A stretch of 64,000 nucleotides of DNA from Bugula neritina (taxonomy: Eukaryota; Animalia; Bryozoa), in NCBI GenBank assembly GCA_964035545.1, contig OZ037767.1, positions 2,057,680-2,121,679 of the forward strand, given 5' to 3'. The notes under the pieces are model-generated. The model did not search any database, had not been told where the DNA came from, and saw only the letters and a list, made by a program, of their open reading frames with translations. This document shows, piece by piece, positions 1 to 12,100 of the stretch. The translations under genes and the position numbers were made by a program. Each line of letters starts with the position of its first letter. The first letter of the stretch is position 1.

Positions 1-182
1 TTATATAAATACTTCCATTGTTTAAGGAGATATCAATTGCCAACACACTATACATTTACAGGTTCATTTCTATCAGTTAGATTTAACTCGAAAACTTTTT
101 GTTTTAGAAAAAGAGCTCTTGAAAAGATAAGAAGTGGATAATTGGAGTTGAAAGGATTGAGATAGAAACCTAGGTAGCTGCG

Positions 183-3100
183 ATGACATTGTTACCAGCG
201 CACCAACAGCAACAGGAAAGAGAACGAGACAATCTTACACACCGCAGTTTCTCACCCGTTTCAAGACATCATCTACAGGTTTGTAACTTCAACTACTTAG
301 TGTGAGTAGAGGTTTTATAACTTACTAAATCTAAAGTAAGTTATGAGTTATAAGTCACACTTCCCTTACAGTTAGATATTAATAACTACTTCAAAACAGT
401 CAGGTTTGGATTTTTAGAACAGAGGAAAGTGTGATTAAAAAGTTGCCTAATAAAAATCAATAACATTGAATAATAATAAAAATATCGAAACAGTAATTTG
501 GTATCTCCAGTGCATACAAGGTTGTTACTCTTTATTGTACTACTAAAACAGCTCTGAGCTATTGTAGATGGAAAGTTTGTAGAATAGATTAAAAGCTCTA
601 GAAAAGATAGAAATTAATAGAATTAATAGAAAGTTAAATATTTTTGTACTTCTCTTTTCTGCATTAGAATTAAGTTTAATAGAAGTTTGAAGTCTTTCAA
701 ATTATAATTACTTTTGAAGCACTTTTTCAGTTGTTTTATAGTGAGTAAATATAAAGCTGAGACTCTGCATTGGAAAATAGTAAAAACTAAGTTGTTAATA
801 ATATTTCACCAAATTAGTGATTCCTCCGATTTATTTTATACTAAATTTAGAACTCTTTGCACTCAATCATATTGAATAATAGTTGAATATAATTTAATCT
901 AATTGATTATTATGAAAAATTTAATTATTCTGAGTATTGGTTTTTGCTAAATGTAAACATGGTTTCAACTCAAAACTATTCAATTGTCACAATAGGTTTT
1001 GCTGCATATCAAAAAATATACATTCAATAAGTCATAAATCAAAAAGTGTCTTTTAGTAATAAGTTGTTAGAAGGCGTTTCTTTGGGTAAGGAGGTAATAA
1101 ACACAGTTTAGCATCTCAATTACACAAAGAAATGGAGCAGCTTACAAGTCTATCATCATAGAAGTATGTCATCTCTTTGACAGATTGCCCACCAACCCAC
1201 TAATTTATTCTTTCTTTCTCTTTAATATATGATTTGGAAGAAAAATGATTAAATACTTTAAACAAAGTAATTGATTTATGTTTCTAGAAACATCTGGTGT
1301 GCACCAAAACACACTAAATAATTATTTTTTTGAAGATTTGGTGATATTCTCAAGATTAAATTAATCTACATGCAACCCAAGTTCTTAGATAAATTATTAT
1401 TGCTTGTTACTAACTGTTCTTTCTATTGCAATGGCATTTGTTGTGTTGAAAAACAATAGCAAGTAAATTATCTCAAAGACCTACACCTGCACGGCAACCA
1501 AGTTTAGGTAGTGACTTCAAATGATCATAGTTTAACTGGGTTTAAAGAACACACCACACCATAGATTGTCTGTTAATGGTTACAGAATTCAGGCTAGAAG
1601 TTCATATTTTGCTGATGTCACTCACTGACACAAGGCTCAGGTGCTTGGCCAGATACAACATTGTCAGTAGCAGACTTAACATGAGCTATAAATAAGACAT
1701 ACTTCCTAGAGTCTCGATATTTTTTTTGGAATCTAAAACAACTCTTAACTTTTTCAGCTGGTTAATACTGGTGAGCCTGAGGACCTAAGAATATCTTACC
1801 ACTCAAAGATGGAGGAGATAGCTAAGACACCCATAAAGCATGCCCTGAAGAGGACGTGTTCTGGTGAGGATAACAACGGAAATTGTCCAGAAGAGGGAGC
1901 AGAAAAGAAACGGCAGCGTGTGGAGAGCATCGTGACCAACATATGTCAGCCAAGGTAAGCAAGCTTTACTTTTGGCAGCTCTTGACAAAAATAGTGCAAA
2001 CTCATAAAATGTTGCTGTTTTAAGGAACGAAAGTGCAAATAAAATGACTGAAAAGTATTCTTGGACAGAATCAGAGCCAAAACAATTCATAAGTTTATAA
2101 AATTCGACTGCATCTTCGCATTTTCTTATGACATATGAGTCAGGCCAGGGTAATGAGCCTAAGATAGTGGCTGCTGTATTATTACAGCTTTTTGCATTTC
2201 TTCATAATGTTACACCAGAATGTATATATTGGCAGAGTGTTTCTACAGGCTGTATATGCTGCCTATAGTGTCAGCTGTCACTAAAGAAACTTGTGATGAC
2301 CCCAAAGGTCAAATCTAAACTTACTAACACTTTATTGAGCTGACAAGAGTTTTATGCTCTGATTTTTCCAAATCTGGAGGTCCTTGATTTCATCATTTCG
2401 CATTAGATTTATGGCCAGCTTCTTGGTATTGTTGCCTAACTCAAAATATAATCAATTTTTTATGCTATAAGGAAATATTATTTTTGTGATGTAAACTATT
2501 TTCAATAGCATAATAATTACAGTGAAGTAGTTTAGTGAGCATATAACCTACATTTGAAGAAAACAGGATGCTATTGAAACACAGCATATAGAGATTCTAG
2601 CTATGGTTACGAACTCTACAGGCTGAAATATAAGTTTGGAGCTTGACTATCTTGTGACTGAGTTGATTCCAAGCAGCAAGCCAAGCTAAAGTCCAAATCA
2701 AGTTGAAATTTGAATGCAAATCAAATCTTAAAATAACAACAGAAGCTGTATTAGATTTGCAATGAGCGGGTAGTTCTACTTGAAACTTGCCTACCCGCAT
2801 CTGAAACCATTTTGGCAGGCGGCTTGTTTTGTGTTTAGAAATTGAAATATTATTTTCCTAATAATTGCATCTTTAGCACAGAGTGTCAACATTAAATATG
2901 GTGGTTCACTTTGCGTCTCAGTTACATGTCAGTGGCAGTGCTTGGAATTGTTATAAATATAGAGCAGGAATATGATGGTGTCACATGGCAAACAGTTCTT
3001 CCATCCCATCTAAGGTTAGAGACTTCAGCTCTGAGAGTGCATTGATATAGTAAGAGTTGCCCAACTTCTAGCTTTAGAGGTGGAAATCTGTCTCTATGCC

Positions 3101-6100
3101 TTTACACTTACTGACTTGTTTTGAAAGTTTATTTCAAAATATTCAACAAGCCACAACTTCTTGAAAAACTTCTTGCTACAAGATGAAATTTATTCTGATG
3201 AACTATTGAATCCCTGGACATGTTGATTATTTAAATTCATCAGAGAAAGACGTCTGCTCATGTGTTACTTAGCAGTACTTTGTTTACAATATTTGATTTA
3301 GACTGAATCACTTTATTTCTGTTTTTATTCCTGTTTTTAAACCCAGAGTCCAATCACCAGTCTTCAATGGCCACTAATGTGGCACCACAAGCATTACATT
3401 ACCACTTCTTTGCATATTGTTGAAAATTTATTTAAGAAAAAGAAAATATTTTTCCCATGATTCGCCCACTGACCCTTGACTGACACATCTTGAAACATTT
3501 TTGTCACTTACCTTGAAAAGGTGGCGCATTAAAAATTATAAAAACAAAAAATTCACTTCCCAGCCCTCAACTTCTACGTCAGTTCTAACTCAAAAACTAC
3601 CTAAATTGTGAAATTTCTTCTCTTGCTTTAACCTCTGTATTGCAACCATCTTCCTAATGATTAATAGGCATTGCAAATTATACAATTGAAATATTTGGAG
3701 GCATTTCTAAAAAAATTGGCTATCGGACCATAATTTTGGCAGAAAACTAACTGTTTTATGTCTACTTGGTAGAGAAAGCTGTGTAAGTGATGACATACCA
3801 TAAGTTGATATTAAATCAGTGAAAGTGATAGAAATTAGACATATAAATATGTGTGAGTTGGTGTCACTGTGAGAAATAAGTTATAACTCGATGATCCAAG
3901 TATTAATACAGAGCTGAGAGCATCAATAGGTTTGTGCTCTGCAAGTCCAAACTTCCTGATTCCCACTCCTTCATGCAGCAGGCACCTTCTTAATCTTTAT
4001 CACTTGGTGTGACAGTTTTTAGCCAAACCTAATGGCTTCACAGCACAGCTCTGTTTATGCAATTCAATTATCAATCCAGTTTTCTTTGAAACTCTGTTAT
4101 TCTAATTATTTGTCATGTTCTTTAGTCTTACAAAAATAGATTCACTGTAATCTGCTTCTAGAAAATGGCAAAACACTTGTCTTCACCATGTTGGAATGTG
4201 TAAAGTTGATGTAATTGCATTTCTCACCAAAGGCCAACCCATCAGAACTAATCTCTTTTCATTATAAATGATAAATCAGCAAGCCTGAGCTTGATTAATA
4301 TGAGTGACATGATTTTCTTTGCAATCTCGCAGCTGGTTTCTTCACTGAAATAAACAACTTTTAGGAACTTTATTTTGTTGTAGAAATAGTCATCTTTATT
4401 TTTAGCAATCTTTCATAACAGTTGAGTGCTAGCTCATTGGCCAACCACAAGGTTGTTGGCAATTGAACTGATCTTTGTAATGGTGCGTTGTGGGAAGTTT
4501 AGTACATCCGCTCACTCCTTATGATAGTATGCAGTCTAGTACATTAATCTTTAGCTTAACCTAATCACAAATTAAAATTAGGATTAATAAATACTTTGTA
4601 ATGAAGTGTTATAACACTACACCATGCTTGTAGTTTCGGAGTTATCTCCTTACAAGTAAAAAAATTTAAAGTGTGCCGAAATTGTATCAAAACCAATAAA
4701 ACCATATATTTTGTAAATTGTTATTTATAGTTATATAAGAACAAGTTTGTAAAAAGTGAACCAAATGCTTTTAATGAAGGAAGGCATTGGCAGGGCTAAT
4801 AAAATGTTGGGCATTCTTTGTTAAGTTTGAGTTGTAGGAGCCCCCCCCCTCCATGTTCACAAGAGCGATAGCTAAGTAATTGACTAGAAAATGGACAGGG
4901 GATAGGTCTACACTCTACAGCATTGTCAGGTGAAAGATACCTATGCAACAATGTACAGCCATTCCTTCTCAACAGTTGTCATGGCAGCCATATTAAAATA
5001 TGCCATCTTTTATTAAATCTCAAGACGTTTGCCAATTTTTTTTCGCAATTTTTAATAGTTGCCATCTCATTCACATTCTAATTATTCCATTCTTTGGATC
5101 TCATATGCATTCGACTGTTGTCACATTCAGCGTTTCATGTCCTTGCCAATTTGGCTATTTGTTACCAGGAGAATGTCTTGCTGAGGTTTAAGATTTATTG
5201 TGAAACATACTTGGACTGTGCCAACACATTGTTTCTAGAGAATGCCTGCTTATACCTGGAGAATACACTTTATATTCACTAGACTGTGAACTACACTTGA
5301 CTTTTACCTGTAGAATGCACTTTATATTCACTAGGCTGCAGCTCATAAACTACACTAGGTTGTTAAGGAAAATTTACAGTCACTTTACATACAGAAAATA
5401 CAGTGCTAACATAAATCGCTAATGAAAGAGACTTTGAATAAAAATTGAGCATTAGTTACCGATAATAAATCTGAATTTTCCAGCAAAAAGTATACAAGTA
5501 GTAGCTAGGTTAAAGCAATAAATAATAAATTATATATTGCATTTGCTAAAATTGATATGTTAAATACAATTGGCACCCAATGCCTTCGTTAGACACCCAT
5601 CGCGATAAAAAAGTTTCAGAATATTATGATATAATCGAAGGTCAATAAATCAGATTCAGGCACCGATTAATTAATTTAACTTATAAATTACCATTATAAT
5701 TTATTCAAAAATGATATTCAAATGAAACCATGTTTACGATCTGCTCCAATAACCAGTACAGATGCTCTTGAAATACATCTTTAATCACTGAGACAATCTG
5801 ATTTGTTGAACAATACTACCCTAGCACAATACACGTATCTCTGCACCAATCTTATGCCAGCTGAGTAGGAAAGAGAAGTACAGCACTGTTAGATTTGTGA
5901 ACTTAATAACCACTCCAGTGCCAACTTTCAGTCTATGAACTAGAAAATATATAACTTGTGTTACTTTTTTAAAATATAAGAACTAATTAATTGCAGCTTG
6001 CACTCTTGGTGCAAGAGACAAAAGTTTTCCAATCTGAAATAATAATTTAGTGTTTATTAAAACAAAGTTATGAGTACATAATGTAGTAATGCAAAGATAT

Positions 6101-9100
6101 TTATAGCAAACAAATTTAAGTTTAAAAATAAAAGTTTTGCTGAAAGTTTTGGAATAATTAATTAAGGTTATTCATGGATGTGCAATAAGCTAACTATGTT
6201 TTATTTAAAATCTAATAAACATGGTTATGGTTAACAGAAAGCAACTGGGGCATAGTAGTTAGAGGCGTGGCCTAGTTGGTTAAGACTTGATGTGTATTAT
6301 GCTAAGCTAATAGAGCAAACCTTGACATAGGGCTGTATGTGATGTTAGTTAAAATATCTGCTTGTAATAAAAGTCTTCAAGCTATGTTGCCAGCATAGTT
6401 AGGGCAGTCATAGTCTATGCCCCACCTAAAAAAATGAAATTGTGACTCCGAGCTAACAAAAGCTATTGATTTGCTTATGATTTTTTACCAGGTCACCCAA
6501 ATCTCATGACATAAATGCTAACAATGAACAGCAAAAGAATAAAAGAAAGCAGTTTGTACCACAACAGCACGGCAGTCTCAGCAACAGCGGCAGCCAGTGC
6601 AATGGGGAGATTGACGTGGTGTCAGAAGATACGGCTGACTGTACAGAGGAAATGTCGAAGACATCTGGTAGTCCAACGCAGCTGATGGATAATGGAATAG
6701 AAAACACTGATCACTTGAGAGAAAGAAAGGAAAATGCTTTGCTGAAAAATCAAATTAAAATAATGAGTGAGCAACTTCAAAAAAACCAACAAATGTAAGC
6801 ATTATACAAGTTCAAAGGTCAATCTAAGTTTCTCATCAGCAGAGATAGCAGTAACTCAACTAGTTTACTATGATAGCATTTATTTTAGACTCTAGAATGT
6901 GGAGTGTAGAAGACTTTGTAGCCATAAATAGCTAATATTTTTCCAATCATGAGTCATGTGAAATATTTAGATTTTTCTTTTATCTCTCATGCATTGTTTC
7001 GCACAAATTTAGCGCTAGATAAGATTTTCAACTACTACTATTGTTCTGTTTAAAGTTGCATTACTTAGTTTTATTTCCATCACAGCACACATGAGCTGAC
7101 AGAAAAGATGAAGTTGGAACGATACGAGTTGATGACGGCCCGCCTTGCGCTACATCAGCCTCAATTTGAAATGGATGCTTGCATCAAGGCAATCAGAGCC
7201 GAAATCAATCAAGCCGTGAAATTGGCTTTTAAAGATGCGTTTGAGAAACACTCCAGCATAACCAACTCTACTTCTTACAACAAAGAAAAGTCACTATCAG
7301 TAAGCCAACAGCCATAACTATTGATTTGATCAATCACAACATGTAGTAAATATAAAGTAAAGACACCGATTTCAATTCAAGAGGATTTTGACACAAATAA
7401 AAATTTATTAAAAAGAATTAGAACTATAAAAAAGTATATTTTCGCATGAGACGCTGTAAAGAAAAAATGAAAGAAAGTTTTATCATCAACCCAGTGAAAA
7501 CTTTCGTTTCTTGCATAAGGTTTATATAAATTTTACTGTCTTTTATAAGGAGGTGATACTAAATAAAATGCACTGTAATTGAAGTGTACTAACAATAAAA
7601 AGCAGCTAGCCATCTTCAAAGGTTTTGGCAAATTCATCAAATTTCTGCTTAGACCAAAATGTTTGCAGTGAAATATTTGAAATCAAGTCTTTTAAAAGCT
7701 AATCTAACTACATCAAGAGACAAATGATGATTGGAAAGATAGCCATTTCAAACAATTGTTGTAATAAGTTACGCCCTTTGTAATAGAAATGTTGATATAT
7801 TTTCATTATCTTCCACTTAAAAGTTGACAAGGAAAAATTAAGCATACAAAGCAACTGCAAGCATAGATACATATTATAATAATTATAGGCACTGATTACT
7901 TATACTTGCACATTGAATACCAATCAATTATTTAAGTCAGTCTTTTAATGTTTGAATAAATTGATTGACTTAACATTGATAGGCATAGATAGCATTTCTT
8001 TTGAAATCTGAAGATAAAATTTTGACAGATTGATAAGAATTCTCCTGATAACGGCATAGAAATATGTAATAACTATTCAAACATGAATTCTTGCTACAGC
8101 TTAGTTTCACATGTTCCAATTAGCATCAGTTATAGCTGTGGTGGTGGTCCATGTTAAGGTGTAGGAGAAAAGGAAGTGGGATTCAGATCCTGTAACCAGC
8201 CAATCCTAAGTGATTTGTATGACTCACTACCTCACTACTCCCTTCTCACTGCTTTCTCACTCATCTAATATGATTTCATAATTCACAGTATTAGTAGCCT
8301 ATATACTCTTACTATACTACATACTAGATAGACTATGCACTATATATACTAGATAGACTATGCACTATATATACTATATATATATAGCCTACTATATACT
8401 ATATCATTTATATATTATAAACTATATACTATAATATATGCTATATGCTATATACTATACTATATACTATATCTACACCCTACACGTACTATACTATTTT
8501 ATGCTAAATAGGTCTACTATACACTATACATTATATATTATACTATAATATACTTTATAGGTTGTGATAAAACATTTCCCTAATTAAGATGACTGCTGAA
8601 TTTTACTTGACTCAATTCTTCTCGAATGCCTCGAATTTCTGACATAACTTGATTACTTGACTGCAAAAGGAGGTCTTCAAGAAATTGTAAACGTTCTGAA
8701 ATAAAACTGAGCATCAAATCCTAAGTTAAAATTTGATAATTTGTTGGCTGACCCATAAAAAACTTTTTACGGCAGTTTTAAAAATAAATTTATTTTATAA
8801 TAAAACATAATTAGGGCATAAAATTTAAAAGTCTTGTGAAAGTTTATTGGCAAGATGCTGAGAAATTTATGCTAATGTTCCTGATTTCATTTGTAATGTT
8901 ATGCACCTGGCAAGCAGCTTTTTATTTGAAATTAAAAATATTTTGTCTTCCACCCAAAATATCTTTATGCACACACATAAGTTATTCTGAGACTTTTAAA
9001 AAGATCAGGTAAATAATTAGGTCAAAAAAATGATGACTAAAACTCATGAAAATTTGTGATTGGACAAATTAAATGGGAAAGTTTTGTAAATGATGTCAAA

Positions 9101-12100
9101 GATAACTGAAAAAGCGTTTAAGTAGAATGGCTACATTCATATACAACTATAACTGGCAGTTAAATAGGTCAAAAAGAAAGTATTCACTAAGTTTTTGTAG
9201 ACCACAATAGCAAATTTTCCTGATTTTCAAATAAAAGAATTGCACTCAAGTGAAACGGTTGATATAAGACTGAACAATTTAGAAAGTTGTAATATAAATT
9301 CATAATTTAAATTCCTAACTTCTTACTCAAAATATACGTATGTTCTTGTATTTCTAGAAATCCGTTTCATAATTTATAAATCAACTGACACAGGTTCACA
9401 CAACCTCTCTACTCTGTCTTACATTTAGTCTGAACAACGAGTTATTATTAGGATCATTTACCAGTTTTAAAGAAACTTTATAAAAATCATCTCTATTTAT
9501 AAATTCATCTTAACTCAACTGATGTAAAGATTCTATTGAAAAAGTTAATGAGTCGTAACTCAAATAAATTTCTTATTTTAGTCTTCGACTATCAGAGAGT
9601 TGAATCATAGGGAGATAAATCCTGTCCAGAATAGCTCCAACACTATCCACGTTCCGGAGATCAAAAGGTCAAGCTCCACATTGCCGTCTGTACCATCTCC
9701 ACACATAACAGCTTCTGCACCCCCAGCACACCATAGCCTACCGAACCCTCTTTTGCCATTGCCATTGTATTATGGGCCGACATTGAGCGCCCCATCACAT
9801 GCTTTTTCTTCCGCAAATCAATTAACCTCACAGCTTAATAATAATATGGTAAGTATTAAAACAAATCTCTTGTTTATCTCTGAAAAAAAAATTTTCAGCG
9901 GAAATAAATAACAGTTAATTTCAACCTTCTTGTGTGACAGTTAGATGCAATCGTATCCGTTGTATCATCAATAAGATATGCTTTCTGCTAAGTTTAGAGC
10001 AAATGGCGGATGAATAATTCTTAAACTATTTGTTTATGGTATTGGAAATAAGGGTCAAGCAACCTAATAACACTTGAATATATGCTCCTTAATCCTTTTT
10101 TACTATTCACTGGAAACCGCAATCAATTATTTTCCAGAATATTTTATAAACACCATCTCGTAACTAAACAAGCTATTTAATACATTGTTTATCAACTTTT
10201 GGGATGTAATGCAATAAAATAATCTGTAGCATGTAGCGTAAACCAACTATTAATTTCAAATTATATGCAGTAAAATCTAAATTACATTGTATGTGTTTCA
10301 TCTTCAAGTAATATCAATGTGGAATAACTTAGCAGTAGTAAACAGAATTCCTTTTGCATGCATTGACTGAATTAATGACCACATTGAAGAATTCAACAAG
10401 GACTTTGATGATACAACTGTTATGTTCAGAATGCTTTTCCATTTTTTAAATTGGGATGTGTCTTAAAACAAGCTTTTGGCAATAATTAGCATATATTGCT
10501 TTTTTAATAACAAAGCACTTCAGTAGTGTGGGTGTACATTTTTATTATTGCATAGTCAACATGATTAACTTCAGTGAAATTCTTTTGAAGTGCATCTTTC
10601 ATACTCCAAGACTGACCCGCCACTTGATCAGGGCAATCATGGCGGTGAAAGGTGAACATACTCCAAGGCTAAAGTGTCTAGAATATTGTTCTTGTCTTAC
10701 TTTGCAGATGTCAGCCCAGCTGTTTCAGGCAGCCATGGAGAATGAGTTGATAGAGAGTCAGCTGAGAGACAGAGAAAATCAGCTCAACAAGAAAAAGAGG
10801 ACCAAGGTTACTGACACCAGACTCTCTCCCCGAACCTCTAAGCACAACGAGAATTCCTCTCCTCCGAGCAAGCAAGAGTCAGCTCCAGATCCCGCCAAGT
10901 TGTTTGACTGTAAGTGAGAACGTTTGCCATCTTGGCACGGCTAAAGCTCATCAATAGTCATTTTTGGTATTTATATGCATGCCCAGGTAAATGTAAGTAA
11001 AGGTGCCATGTCCAGGGTGGTACTTGCCATAAGAAAACTTGGCAACCACATAGATGCTTTAAGATTTCAGTATTGGGTAATTGTGGTTTACCTAGTAAAA
11101 GAGTTCTCTCATTTTTGTTATCAGAGGAATGGCTACTTGTAGTTTCTCCCACACTGTATTGGGTCAAGGTGAAATATAACACTCCAGTTTGCAGCAAGGA
11201 ATGACTTTTCAACTTTTTTCATATGTGTGATTAGCTTTGATTTAGTAATTGAATATTTTAGCCTATGGTCCAAGCTCGGCACTGTTTCCAAGCATCAATC
11301 CAAGTGTAGCTGCTATGCAGAGCGTCTTGTTCAGTGGTCTGTGTGCGCCACAGCCTGAGTCTCTAAGGGGGCACATAGGGGGCGGTACCAGGTCGCCCGC
11401 AAATCTCAGCGATAACAGTGACCATTGTGAGCCCTCCTCTCCAGAGATGTCCCTCTCGCTTCATTCAGCTCTTCCTGGACAAGTATCCTTTACAATGCAG
11501 ATGTGTTCTTAGTCATTAAATAGATTTGACAATAATATGTTTTCCTTAACTGACAAAAAAATTATGGTAATACTAAAACATAAATAGAGCACGTACTCAA
11601 CAGGTTTTTGAGCACATCCTGGTATCCAACTATTATAAAAATCGAATTATAAAATGGAGCTATGTGTGGTCATCATTTAAACAAAAAATATGTGTTTTGC
11701 AAACAAATTTCACAAAGTATTTGTTCACTATAAGGAGTTATGATCCCCTAGTCAAAGGTTGGCATCCAATCAAAATCAACACATTTTTATATTAGACTAT
11801 GAAATTCATAAAATATAACTGTTATATTTTTTATTAAATGTAAATAGGTTAAAATCATAGCGTAGTTTGCTTCCTTAACTTGTGAATAGAACGTCACACT
11901 CACACCGCTGCATCTTAGAAAGGCTAAACTAATGTTCTTCTACGTGAGGTACCCCAGCTCTGTGTTACTGAAGAACTACTTCTGTGATGTACACTTTAAC
12001 AAGAATAACACGGCACAGCTCGTCAAATGGTTTAGCAATTTCAGGTATGCTACATTCAACCATATATTATTATATTATCACGCATATATTATATAGTAAT

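Noticed and set aside
11483-11889. Drosophila-style nested U2 twintron
   Set aside because: In-frame stops at 11510-11512 and 11887-11889, and no good donor before the first stop, preclude a simple extension isoform.
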